Assembly: GCA_012295275.1 (NCBI GenBank)
Contig: CM022676.1
Coordinates: 14,818,001 to 14,882,000 of the forward strand
DNA: 64,000 bases
From: Chrysomallon squamiferum
Lineage: Eukaryota > Animalia > Mollusca
Direction of reading: 5' to 3'
The translations under genes and the position numbers were made by a program. Positions 26,125 through 39,277 of this stretch are shown one piece after another. Under the pieces are notes generated by a model. It worked only from the letters and a program-made list of their open reading frames with translations, was not told the origin of the DNA and did no database searches. How positions within the stretch are numbered: position 1 is the stretch's first letter; the number at the start of each line of letters is the position of its first letter.

Positions 26125-28828
26125 CGGCCCTCGGAATTTTGAGATTTTTGCCAAAACATTTTAGGACCAGTGGTGACCACCAACCTTTTGAGAACCCTTA
26201 TATCTCTCAGGAACTACTGGGCCAATCTTCATAAAATTGGTATTGTCAGAAAGGCAAAATGACAAGGATACCAAATCTGCCATTTTTGTTTAGTTTGGAA
26301 AATATTGGAGTACCTTGACCTTTTGACCTTTGCTATGACCTTGAAATTGACCGTGTGGATCACGTGATTTTGAGATGACCTTTATTGAAATTTAATCTCC
26401 TACATGTTAACTAAAACATATAAAAAGTTTCCTGGGTGTAATATTTTTGTTTAGCCACAATATAGATTTAAAAAATGCACATACCTGAAAATAACACGTT
26501 TACAGCCATTAACATCTGATTAACTAAAACCTGAATGATCAATTCTGGATGCTAGGGATCACCATCTTTCTTGATCATCTAGTAAGACATTGAAGGCCTA
26601 CATGTATGTATAAAGTTCACATAAATTTGAGAGAACTAGGTGTTTCTGATGCTTAACCTTCTCACTATGTTTGTTTCAAATGCTCACTGTATCCTTCATT
26701 CCCAGACACATTCTACTGTTCTCATCACTTTCATAAAATTGGATTATTTCCTCCTTCAATTCATTGTCCTTTCAATGGTAAAGGGTGACAAAATCAAGAT
26801 TTGCACACGCTCTGGATAGGATTCAGACATTAAGATGTCATTTTAATGTTACTGTAGCTGATGCTAGTTTTTTTCTGTCCTTTTATTCATTTACTGGAAT
26901 GTGCTAGTGAATGGAGTTTGACAGGCGTTTCGCCTAAACTCAACAGAATGTAATTCAAATCAAAGTCCTTTTCTGGGGAAACAACAACCAGCGGTTTGTC
27001 TGGCAAGTTATCACCAAATTCTCCCATTGTAGTACCACCCATACTAAAGCCATCCTCTGCAGGACCTTTGATTTCTGAAGGGTAATCAGACAGTCACAGC
27101 ACAACTTGTCTCCTGACACTAGTGTCTTTGGAGGATTTACTAAGCATTTGTAAGTGCCCATGCTAACAATTCTTAAAGATCTAGTGCATGCTTGCTCAGG
27201 GTGGCGATTAAGGGGATCACAACAGTTTTTCTGCGATGTTGAAAATTTGATGAAAAGTTCTTGTTCATGATACTCTTGATGTCCTGTGTTTTGATCCCAC
27301 TTCAAAGAGTGAGGAGTTCGATTTCCTCAGTTTTCCATACACTTCGCAACAACTCCTTTTTGATATGATGGTGTTGATAACACACATTTTTAGGAGAGTT
27401 AAAGCTGCAGTTAGCTCTGGAAGAAATAAGGATTTTCAGTATTGTTCAATAGAACAAAGTCAGTGCTTTCCTAAATATTAAATCAAATCCTGAAACCCTT
27501 TCAGTAAAGTTAAGCAGGTCATAAAATGGCAGCAGAGTACATGTGATATTGCCAAAGGCCCACAAGTCTTAGTCATTTATGTCAATCTTCTCAAGTATAA
27601 ATCACAGTTTATTAAGGTGAAGTAGACCTTATTCATAATTCTGTGCCAAGACTTGGTGTACAAATACATTATGCAGTGCATCACTTGATGACATCTGATT
27701 TCAGACTGGGTTGTACTGTTGACTGAAACCTTGTTCAAAACCAATGGCAAGGCCCACATGACATGATAAAATTACGTAACAGGTTTTATGAAATAAAAAT
27801 ATTGTTTATATATCAACATCTGACATTGTGTCCAACTTAAAAAGCTTCAGATTGTCAAAGAAATGCAGATGAAGAAACTTCTTTGTCTTAAACTTCAAAT
27901 TGCCATGTGCTCAATGGGGATTGCACCAGGGAATCTAAAGGAGCTCCTGACCTGCCTGAAGCATTACTTCCTGTTAACCCTTTGAGCCTGATTGTGTAGA
28001 ACATGTCATGCCATTTGGCATCTTTTTCATATCCTTCAGGCATTCCTTCAGACATGTCAGGTGGGTTTTAACTCCAAAGATGAGTTTTTAGTCTCAGAGA
28101 AAATGTACATTGTAATGCATTGTATCAATCATCCATGCACAGGTATGCATTTTTTAAATCTCTATTAAGGCTAAACAAAAAATATTATACCCAGGAAACT
28201 TTTATATGTGAACTTTATGCATACATGTAGGCCTACAATGTCTTACTCAATGATCAAGAGAGATGGTGATTCTTAGCATCCAGAATTGATCATTCAGGTT
28301 TTAGTCAATCAGATGTTAATGGCTGAAAAGGTGTTATTTTCAGGTATGTGCATTTTTTAAATCTATATTGTGGCTAAACAAAAAATATTACACCCAGGAA
28401 ACTTTTATATGTTTTAGTTAACATGTGGGAGATTAAATTTCAATAAAGGTCATCTCAAGATCACGTGATCCACACGGTCAATTTCAAGGTCATAGCAAAG
28501 GTCAAAAGGTCAAGGTACTCCAATATTTTCCAAACTAAACAAAATTGGCAGATTTGGTATCCTTGTCATTTTGCCTTTCTAACAATACCAATTTTGTGAA
28601 GATTGGCCCAGTAGTTCCTGAGATATGAGGGTTCTAAGGTTGGTTGTCACACCCATTTTTGGCAAAAATCTCAAAATTCCGTGGGCCGTATCTCCCACAC
28701 CACTGGTCTGATTGAGCTAAAATGTCAGATTTGGTGCTGTGGGATCCCAGTCAACAAGTATACCAAGTTTCATAAAAATCTGAGACGGTCGGGTTTAAAC
28801 CATTGGGTGATTTGACACGGAATGACCC
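26125..28828 (-). mobile_element. DNA transposon with ~500-bp inverted repeats, Sola2-like, inside the last CAMSAP intron
   Basis: 26125-26623 is the reverse complement of 28205-28688. The right end terminates ..gatttgacacggaatgaccc (5'-GGGTCATTCC); the left end lacks the terminal ~140 bp. The internal decayed ORF reads QKNCCDPLNRH..SLR..LVSGDKLCCDC..SLGETPVKLH. Superfamily inferred from the GGG terminus, long TIRs and Cys-rich N-terminus. Confidence 0.75.
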
Positions 28829-31084
28829 AAATACATTATTTGGAAACATGTATATTTTATATTATACTAATAAACTGCATGAAGAGAAAGGTAAAAATGT
28901 ATAATGATGAAGATAGATTTTAGAATATATAAAACTACACATTTTTACATAAAACTATTATTTATGTAGTAATGTGTATGTTGACAGATACAAAAATACA
29001 TTAAATGTGTACTTACTTATCAAACACATGGATCTTTTTATTGATATAAAAATGTGTAAAAATATTATTAAATATTATTAAATATTAAACATGTACTTAC
29101 TTATAAAACCTATGAATTGTTTTATTGGTTATTTCTTTAGGTCCTACACCACAAATTTAGATAATTCTTCAGTTTCTGGTGTGAAAGAAAACAGAGCTTT
29201 GTACTGACATCCTCCGTCACAGAACAGAATTACAAAGTGTTTAACATCAGACTCAGCCAGTTCCTAGATAAACAAACAAACAAGCAAATAAATAAACAGA
29301 TAAATAAAATTGTATTAACATAGCAACAATGTATAAAAAGTACAAAAACAAACAAAAAACATATATATATAATTTTATTACATATAAAATTCAAAAGTAG
29401 CTAATGCTGATTTTCTTGTGCAGTAATAACAACAATATAAAATTAATATCATTATTAATGGACAAAATTATAGACACTCATACCTATTTTATAGATTTAA
29501 CGCTGTAACTTCAACAACTTTCTAACAATAAATAACAGTTCTCTATCAATTAGACAAGATCGGAAAGATAATTCTCGAATAAAACAAAAGTAAACAATAA
29601 AAACAAACAATAATAAAATACTGTAGATTAACAAGAGTGGGAATAATCCTAAAAAAAAAAAATGAAAAAAAAATTCACTTATAAAAACTAAGTATGTCTT
29701 TTAAGAACAAACAACAAGAAAATTAAATATAATGAAACAATAATTTCAGGTAAAACTTAAAGATCTAAGAATAACATATTTCAATATTTCTGGTCCATTT
29801 AATTTAGCAAGGGTTTAACTTGGTTTAGACAATAATAATTAGCAGGGATTTAAAAATAAAAAAAATTAATAAACAAGTGAGCAAACTGATTTAACCAAAA
29901 CAAAACCTGCAAATAAAGATTAAAAATAAAATTCAAACAAAAAGATAATTTACAATATTATAGCCCTGTAATAACAATTGATATAATCATTTTATTTTAT
30001 TTTGTATTTTAATTTATCTGTATAATCACAAAATATGAGATATGTAAAATAAACCTCACAGACTGAGTAAATTAGTGTAAAATGCTGGCATACTCAGTCT
30101 GCTAGAGCTTTTTGTATGGATTAATAATGTTATGATAGACAATAAATGTAGATAAAAGAATATATCAAATAAATAAGTAAAATAATAATAAAAATATAAG
30201 AAGAAAAAAGAATATATAAAGAAAAAAGATAAAGAAAATATGAACAAGAATAAAACAATGCTAATGGAAGTATGGAAATAATGAAGTATTCTAAGTTATC
30301 AGTATATTTGTATACTACAATTACTTTACTTATTATTGTAGACTTTCCTTGTACTAATCTGTTTTTCTTAGTAATCTTACTCTATGCTGAGAATACACTG
30401 CAACAAAAAAACTGACAAGAATGTAAATTGATAGTTAAACAGATAAGTTAATGCGTGTGTTTTTCATACCAGTCTTTTTAGAAACTTCTCTGTCTGTTCT
30501 GCTGTCTGTGTGTGTTCCATTCTGAAGTTTAGATAACAATACTTGTCTGTTTTGTGCTGTGTGTCTGAAAAAGTAAAAACAAACACAATTTAATGTTTTA
30601 TTATTTTTTATTTGTAACATTATTTACTATTATATATGTAGATCAATACCATTTACTGATAGAAATGAATGTTTGTTGACGAAAATATCTTTCATCTATT
30701 GGATTTCAATTGTGCCTGCATGCATACAGATAAACTGATAAACACATACATACTCTGAGTGAATGAATAATTAAAAATAAATATTTTTAAAAATACTTCA
30801 TTATAACCTGATTATTAATAAATATAAATATTAAATGTAGCTAAAATAGAACAAATCTAAAATAAAGATGAACAATTTTATTTTCGTACCTATATAGCAT
30901 GTTTTTACTTCTTCTTTGTATCTTTAAAGGTAAATACCAATCAACCTAATGAAACAAGTGACTAATTTTGTTTTTGTTTAATATACATCTTTCGACAGAA
31001 AAAACAAACATATACCATGATTTTAGCAATATCAGGCACAGATCCATGGATACATTGTTAAACAACTTTATTAATCCTCCATGT

Positions 31085-31150
31085 AGGACTGACCCTGGAA
31101 CTCAACAAACTTTAACCATGCACTCTAACCACTGAGCCAGTCTATCCGTC
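31085..31150 (-). mobile_element. SINE tRNA-like head fragment
   Basis: The reverse strand gacggatagactggctcagtggttagagtgc has an A-box TGGCTCAGTGG and the same GACGG start as the 21513 SINE. Confidence 0.5.
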
Positions 31151-31419
31151 ACTACAAATTTAACAAAATGAATTAAGTGAATACTTACATTGAAGAGTTT
31201 GATTTGTTTCGTTCTGGAGTACTTGTGAATCTAAACTCAGTTTTGTGAACCTGAAAGCTATGTTTTGTTGTGCTGCTAATGGGTACTTGGTCTTTTGTGA
31301 CATTTGACCTCCCATTACCATAGCGAGATGCTGAACTGAAATTAATAAAAATAATAATAAACCCTGCAACATAAGCTGTCTGATGAAATAAATCTTCATT
31401 AAATTTAACTGTGATGCAC

Positions 31420-31696
31420 TCATTTTAATATTCCTTTGATATTAACTTTCTTTATTGGTAGCCTTATGAAATTCTGACCATCATATAAGGATCTTTTAAA
31501 GTCTGAAATCATCCATTTTAAATAATAAAAAAAGTATCTGCCAGTCTGAACACTAAAACTGAATATTACAAATACCAATTTTTCCAGTAGAGTAACAAAT
31601 TTCATAAATTCAAATAATAAAAGATATAAAACAATTTTGGATTTGCAAACTAATATTCTGAATCATAATTAAAAACTCAGACAGACAGACAGACAG

Positions 31697-31777
<81 letters not shown>

Positions 31778-33010
31778 TATATATATATATATATTTATTT
31801 TCAGGCCATATTAAAAACACAACAGAAAACCTGACCTAATATTAAAATATAAATTTGTCAAATATGATATATAAAATTTAAAATCAACAACACATGTATC
31901 TTAACTAGAAATTAATATTCATAAATTTAGTATATCTAAATTTTAAAATTACCTTCTAATACAAAAATGTTGTTATTAAACAAACCATGAAAACTGAGAG
32001 ACTGCGGACAATAGAAACTTCAGACAACAGGAACTGTACATCCATCTCTACATCTTTTAGTATGTCTGTCATCACAGGAACAGTGACTCTGTGTGAAGGG
32101 CTGGCAGTTCCAGTCTGGTAACAGGAAAGTTAAACATTTTATTAAACTGATGAAATATGAAGCTTCTTCTTTTGTTTTATAATATAGAAATAAACATTTA
32201 CAACAAAATAATCACATTTACATGAATGTAAGTAATGTGTTTGTGTGTGTGTGTGTGCACACATGCTCACACAAGCATGCACAAGTCAAACATACATGGT
32301 ATGAAGTGTAGGTTGTGTTACAGGATACTAATGTAATTTGTGTATATGTACACATGTACTTACTGATAAATTATCAACAAACTGCAGCTTCATATATTAA
32401 ATTAAATTACACTTCATTAGGTTTAGAAAAATGACAAATATGTAAGAAAACAAACTGAAATTCACCTGCTCAGATTTGTTCTCTTTTGCAATGGCAGCAG
32501 AACAGTCTTTATTTAACCAGAAAATAACCGTGTCCTCAGTGCCTGATGGAAGTTCACTGGACGTGTTAAAAGTTTTAATTTGTCTGAAAGTTTAAAAATT
32601 ACATGTTCAAAATGCTGAATGTAAAGACTGAGGTGTCATTACATTACATGATAGATTATACAAAATATGCCCCCCAAATATCATTCTCCCTCTCCTTCTT
32701 TCTCTGTCTCTCCTTTCTTTCATCCAGTTTTTCTCTCATACATTTACACATTTAACTACAACAATCATAATTCTTCTCCTTCTTTTCACCTATCACTTAA
32801 TGAAGGATGAATGACTTTAAATTCTTTCTTTACTAGCAGCCTTCGGAAATACCAACCATTATATAAGGATATTTTTTAAGTCTGAAGTGATTGATTTTAA
32901 ATAATAAAAATGTATTTACTTTGGTAAACGAATCCATCAGTATATACACTAAAACTGAATATTTTACCATATATTTTCCAAAGTATAAAATGAAGAAAAT
33001 AAATAAACTT
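31420..33010 (+). repeat. ~150-200 bp repeat present in two CAMSAP introns (31420-31600 and 32815-33010)
   Basis: Shared tttcttta.t.g.agcctt..gaaat....acca.tatataaggat.tttt.aagtctgaa.t.at..attttaaataataaaaa ... acactaaaactgaatatt. Confidence 0.7.
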
Positions 33011-35432
33011 TAACAGAGCCAAATAAGCTCATTTTAATAAAAAAATTAAAAATTTGATTTAACAAGATAATAAATATTAAATAAATAAATAAAGAAAAGA
33101 AAAGAAAAAATACCTGACAGCATGTTCTATTGAAAACAATATCACTGGCACCTGACAGCATCAGAGCATCAGTTAGAGTGATGTGTGCATTCTGAAAAAA
33201 AAAAAATAATAAAAGTAATCAATAATAAATAAACAATTATAAATGATTAACTAATTATTATTAGTAGTATTAGTATTATTAAAACTTAAGTTTCACTGAT
33301 ATCAGTTACTGGATTGAGGTAAAATAGTGTGTAGGATATTTCTGGAATGTACTTTGTTATTAATAAATAATGTTACTAAGTGAGACAGAAGAATCTTCCG
33401 CTTGTTAATGTCACTTGTATCTGACTGTTTATTCAGTCTGCTGAATCAACAAAAAGCCTGGTTATTTCAGGATTAATTATCACCTTGAGAGTGGTTGGTG
33501 TTTCACAGAATGATCTAGCAGCAAGAACTGTAACACTTTGACAGATAAAGCAAATCTCTTTTCTTTCTTATAAATAATAATAAGTCCATTTTATTTCTTA
33601 ATAAAAGCTTGGAGATTTTTTTGTTTGTTTGAGGGATCAGTCGCTGTCCACTGAGTAATTAGTTATATATATTTTCTGTTTTCATTGTAGTAACCCATGT
33701 GTGACTGATGTGACAGATTAAAATATTTCTTTACTACTATACTGAATGTTCAGCGCCAGTGCAAATACAGTCTTCTGTTTGTTGTGTTCTAATGTACAAA
33801 AACATGATATATTGCATACACAGATCCCATATCTGATACCCCTAGAGCAAGCCAGCTCATTAGTAACATGCCTAAGACATATTTACAACATAGGGGAATC
33901 CTCATGGCACTGAGTAATACATTATAATGATACTGATGATAATGTTAATAATAATACAAATAATAATTAGCAAAACAGGAAAAATCTGATTATTATTACA
34001 CTATTTTCAAATCAATAAAGAATTGTTTCAAAGGGTATTTTACTCTCTAAGACACAAAACTAAAATAAACTCACAATTCAGAGTGGTGCAGACTACATGA
34101 GAATGGTTTCTGTAACAGCTGATTCATCCTTCTCCATGATGTAAGTTCTCTTTGTAGACAGGACCTGTTGTGACCTACGTAAAATACTTAACACCAATAG
34201 TAAATATAAAGTTTAGTAATTTTAACAAAAATATGATATATTTTTTTAACAATCTACATTTGTCAGACAAATGCATTTTTCTCTGCTTATTATCGTTACT
34301 CGATGTTTCTGTTATTTTTATTTATCTATGAAATTGCCTAAAACGCACATGTATAACCAATCTCTCTCTCTCTGACTGACTTTGCAATAAAATAATCTTT
34401 ATCTCTAGGTAATACTTTTAAGACAACTAAGTAAACTTTAGTTCTAACTTTTGATCATGTGGTCACTACCACATGTTTTAATAACAAGCTTAACAGATTG
34501 GACAAACATTTCAAACACAGGTTGTAGAAATGTTCTAAATTTCAGTATACAATCTAGTGATCCACACACACACACACACACACACATTCAAACTAATAAA
34601 ACAACATACCCTGTCACTGTTGAGAGGTTTCAGAAAACATTCTAACACAGGCTACACATCATTTGACAATCGGACTCTTGATTAGTTGAGGTTTCACTTG
34701 AATAATAAAATAATATTACTTTTTTCAACACATTTTAATCATGATGATGATAAAAATGATCAACAATAATAACAATAACAACAACACGCATTGTAGTAGT
34801 AGTAGTGGTTAATAGTAAATTACTAAAAGTAGTTAATAGTAAAAGTAATAATGGTAGTAGTTGTAATAATAGCAATAACAACACAACAATAAAAGTAATA
34901 TTAATTTACTATATACATTTAAATATATTAATCATTTAATGATTATAATAAATATAATAAATATTATATGTTAATGAGAAAAAGAAGGAATTAATGTTTC
35001 ATTTAAGAACATACATATATAATATAGCATTGTATTTTTGCTTTTGTATTAAACACATCTTATGAAGGAATGAGGTAATTTGTTTTTAAAGAGTCATGTA
35101 ATAATATATTTTTGATTTTATTACATTAATAACCAGCTGAACTGTACTGTAGAAAAAAATGTCATGAGAGGAAAAACAAATCTCTTCATAGATAATTTTC
35201 AGATCTTTTAATTTTTCTATTTTTGATGAATAATTCTAACCTTTATATAAAGTAAGAAACTAGAAACAATTAAAACAAAACAACAATGCATATAAGAGCT
35301 TTAATAATTAGAATATACTAATATGATATATCTTGAAAGATAAGAAATTTATTAAATATTACTTTGAAATGTCCAGATGCACTTTGAAAACTCCTCAATG
35401 TAAATAAAATCATTAATTATGTTCTTACTTAC

Positions 35433-35697
35433 GCTGCTGACAAGAACAATCAACACAAGATGTCACAGTCGGGCTCATATCCACGTGGATCCCATAGGTT
35501 TTTCGCTCTTCTTCAACGACCGATCCGATTTAACTGACATAAAAATGGTGCCGTCATCATTCCAAAACATGTTACAGATGTAATCTTGACTGAAGTACCT
35601 GAAACCTTACTCATAGCTTTTCAAAAATATAGTGGTATCTCTTAAATAATCCAGATAGAAAATAACCGGTAGATTGTGTAAGCGATTCGTCCGCCAT
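35433..35697 (-). pseudogene. ATG-initiated exon encoding a frameshifted SWIM-type N-terminal domain (ISL2EU/YqaJ-type transposon gene-like)
   Basis: aaaATGGCGGAC start. Across frameshifts it reads MADESLTQ..K/GFRYFSQDYICNMFWNDDGTIFMSVKSDRSLKKSEKP/YGIHVDMSPTVTSCVDCSCQQ, ending at a perfect donor C|GTAAGT. The pattern KG..YF..Y...RS.KK.E.P....CSC resembles SWIM-YqaJ proteins. Confidence 0.55.
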
Positions 35698-35755
35698 TTT
35701 ATAACTTTGTCATATTAAGCAATGATAGAGTTGCCTCCCTTCTGGGGCGGAGTTA
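35691..35755 (-). promoter_or_regulatory. GC-box plus YY1 promoter elements
   Basis: CCGCCATTTT (YY1 consensus overlapping the ATG, 35691-35700) and GGGGCGGAGT (Sp1 GC box, ~35744-35753) in otherwise very AT-rich DNA. Confidence 0.55.
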
Positions 35756-36500
35756 TGTAGATTGTGCAGAGGTCATCACAGCCTAATACGTCTCTCTGTA
35801 CAATTTCTATTCATAAATTTAGTTTTATACTTAAGAAATATTAATATTTAAAAATGTTAACACGTTATTAACAGGTCGTAGTAATCGTAATCATTATAGA
35901 TATATAAATCATGATAACCAGTAATATTAAACAAGTACAGAAATATTAGTGAATATTCGTTTTTTATTTTTATTTACTTCTGTATTTGCTATTTCATCCT
36001 GGAAACTGAAATCAGCTCAGACTGGACAAAGTTCTGTACCAAAACATCTTGGAAAGGAAAAACCTGCACACACTATTGTAAATTTGTCTCTATTATTATG
36101 TTTATTACATTGATATTATTCTTATTGTGTGTGTGTGTATGTTTTGGAATGATTGTTTAAGAATGTTGGTATGCGAGATAAAATATATGGAAAATGGTTG
36201 GATCCTGTTCAGGTAATATTTTAATTATAATTAATTTTTTATGATTTCAGAACAGTATTAGTTGGTAGAACTGACAGAAGCAGTCACAAGGGATCTGAAT
36301 GTGGTGTATAACCAAGACTGAGAAAATTTAAGATTAATCATTTTAATGTGTAACCAGTTGTCAGATAATGTTACTAAACAGATGCTATCACCTCACTACA
36401 AATAAATTAATAATATTCATAATAAGTAATTAATAAAATAACTTTAAAAAGTTAAATTGAATATTAATTAAATATGTTGTAATACATTTAGCAAATGAAT

Positions 36501-36558
<58 letters not shown>

Positions 36559-36624
36559 TGCGAGTGTATTTGCATATGTAGCAAGCTGTACATTTCAGTA
36601 TGTATATGTAAATGTACTGTCTTT

Positions 36625-36824
36625 NNNNNNNNNNNNNNNNNNNNNNNNNNNNNNNNNNNNNNNNNNNNNNNNNNNNNNNNNNNNNNNNNNNNNNNNNNNN
36701 NNNNNNNNNNNNNNNNNNNNNNNNNNNNNNNNNNNNNNNNNNNNNNNNNNNNNNNNNNNNNNNNNNNNNNNNNNNNNNNNNNNNNNNNNNNNNNNNNNNN
36801 NNNNNNNNNNNNNNNNNNNNNNNN
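36625..36824. other. Assembly gap (200 N)
   Basis: Run of N. Confidence 1.
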
Positions 36825-37304
36825 TGTCCACTAAAAATGTAATTTTCAGCTTGTAAGAAATATATTTATTGAAAACAGGAAAATTTTAAAAAGTGTATGT
36901 ATTTATTATATTTGTTGTCAGTGAACTTGAATAATCAAGGAAGCTAAAAGATAAACAAAGGGATGACTTTGAAGTTTATTGTGAATTTATTTTATTAATT
37001 TGACATCACTGACTTGTGACTAGCCCTTTGTTATCATATGGTTTATATTGTGCATCATATTAGTACAGCTTATGTAGTTGCATAGGATTCATTCTTTCAA
37101 ATAGTTCATGCCATTCAAATTTAAGTATGTTAAGAAAAATAATGTTTCAGAATAATTATGTCGGTTTACTCCCATCTGATAGAATCCCATTACGTCGAAA
37201 GGCTAAATGTGGTTCAGTGGTCTTATTGACATGCATGTCTTTACCTCAGTCATTATAATGAACTGTTCCAGATTATTTGGAAAGCGATTATTATTATATA
37301 AATA

Positions 37305-37950
37305 CAGTAATATCTCACTTTAACAACCTTTTTTTTTTTAACAAATTATATAAATAGAAATTTAATAGTTAATTGCTTGAAATAAATGATATAATGCATG
37401 TTTTTAAGTCTGTTTTTGTTCGTGTTTTCGTTCATTCATGAGCTTCTCTCAGCTGTTGATCAGCTGACACGTCATACGTGCATGTGATATTCTGATTTTC
37501 TTTTCTCTTCTGCTTCGATTTAGACTTAAACTCGTTTGTAATTTACCTTCCAGTATGTCAAAACGAATAACAGTATACCTGCAAATGCTGATAATAAAAA
37601 GAAACAGAAGACAATAACTTTAGAAACAAAATAGATTATCTTAAATGAAACCAAAACCCACAAAGATGAACCCACAATGAGCAGCATATCATTATTTCTT
37701 AATGTATTTGTATAAATTGATTTGTAAATGATTTAGTGTTTTACTTAATATCTATAATCTATTAAATCAGTTATGTCTAAACTTCCATTTTATTTCTCCT
37801 TATTTCACCTTTTTTATGCCAAATTTCATCAGTGAGAAAGTAACCAGTTTTTAACCATAATTCTGTGTAAATTAGTCTCCCGCTTAACAATACCTCACTT
37901 AACTATTGGAAATTTGGAACCAATTACATCTTTAATCTTGGCTATTATTG
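37305..37950 (+). mobile_element. Tigger/pogo-like internally deleted DNA transposon
   Basis: TA|CAGTAAT start and ATTATTG|TA end. The internal remnant MSKR../PANADNKKKQKTITLETK*IIL resembles the CENP-B/psq HTH N-terminus. Confidence 0.55.
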
Positions 37951-39277
37951 TAGTATGAATATCGCTTACCATATAAAGTATGCAAATATGACAAATATCG
38001 AAATAATCTATGTATCAAATGTACTGAATGTAAATAATTAAAAAAGAAGGTATTCATCCAAAAGTATTCCCAATGATTTGGTCCTTCGTATAAACTTTTT
38101 CAGTCATAGCCAAAGTACTTGCAGGTCATAATATCTTTAGTATACACACTATTAATATACTATGTCACATATATGATATGTGCACAATGTGAATATGAAT
38201 GTGTGCATAACATAAATATGCTGAATAAAATATGTCTTGAACATGTTTAAGCTGAATATGGTTTAATTGGAACAGTTAATGATAAAGTAACATTCATATA
38301 TTCTATTTACTGAATATAAATTAATTACTCGAATGTAAAATATAATTTTTTTAAATTATATTGCTGAATAAAATGAGTTATTTATAATATTTTTGTCGTT
38401 TTCTTTTACAGAATTAACAAAAAAACATCGTGCCGCTTTTTTCTTTTCTTTTCTATTTTTCTTTTTCTTTTTTAATAGATAGATGAAATTGATGTAAAAT
38501 TGTTTATTATTGGTCAGTTGTTTTGTAATGAAAAGGAAATGTTTATGAATTAGAAATGACCAGCTTAATTAATAATAATTATAATAATAATAATGTTGAT
38601 GATGATTAAAATTATGATGATGATAATGAGGAAGAGGAAGATGATGATGATAATAATGAACAAGAAAAAATCTACAACAAAAGTGAATGCTTATTCTGGT
38701 TTCGGTTGATGTTACATAACTGATTTTGGAACAATGCGCTCCGTCTCTGAATGTTAGAAAGAAACCAGGCCAAGTTCATTATATACAGAGGTAATCAGGT
38801 ATTGCGGTAGATGAGTTTTTTCTACGAAATGGGAATTCTACCAGATGGGAAGACACCCTTTTGTCATACTAAAGTCCTGAAAGCAATGTGTTTGTAACTG
38901 AGCATGTTTTCTTTTTTCTTTTGTGTTGACAGCATTATATATTTTTTAATTTTCTGTTTCAGTGAGCTAATTTTTGTAAAAAAATAATTCATTAGTCATT
39001 TTCACATAATTCAAAACCACCCACCCAAAACCGAAACATTTTATTTGATGTATAATAAAGAAAAATAGTTATAAAACAAAATGTTATTTGGAATAATTTG
39101 TGATTGTTTCAATGTTAATATAGGAATTTGTTAGTTTATTAATCTTGAATCACTGTTTAGAGAAATCCCTTTTTTTATTTTATTTTTTTTTTTTTTTTAT
39201 TTATTTATTTATTTATCTTTTTTAGGAAAAAAATATTATTGCTTATATTTTTAGTTCTACTAATTTTTACATTTCAG

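Larger units (their letters stand above)
25662..34696 (-). pseudogene. CAMSAP: CAMSAP/Patronin-like unprocessed pseudogene (CH-domain and CKK-domain exons)
   Basis: Spliceable exons: 34696-34610 (KPQLIK..LSNDV*); 34174-34075 (VLSTKRTYIMEKDESAVTETILM*SAPL*I); 33191-33114 (NAHITLTDALM..DIV/SIEHAVR); 32583-32466 (QIKTFNTSSELPSGTEDTVIFWLNK); 32114-31986 (PVMTDILKDV/DGCTVPVV*SFYCPQ); ~31335-31189 (VPISSTTKHSF); 30564-30470; 29263-29101 (ELAESDVKHFVILFCDGGCQYKALFSFTPETEELSK/CGVGPKEITNKTIHRFYK); 25794-25662 (YNSGAKSFTEVTSTKHLSVSIAVVIHNSL*KTGK). These match CAMSAP motifs such as ALSRKGIYVME, KELPYDLEDAMVFWINK, HFLILFRDSGCQFR and YNSDRKQF. Confidence 0.92.

Noticed and set aside
25700-34100. In-frame TGA codons in CAMSAP exons as selenocysteine or programmed readthrough
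   Set aside because: They fall at non-Cys positions (Trp and probably Arg) and co-occur with TAG stops, frameshifts and missing exons, which indicates decay.
34075-34164. Open reading SCLQRELTSWRR.. as a continuation of the SWIM-type protein
   Set aside because: The alternative frame matches CAMSAP (VLSTKRTYIMEKDESAVTE) much better and agrees with the neighbouring exons.
36556-36842. ORFs spanning X residues
   Set aside because: Artefact of the 200-N gap.
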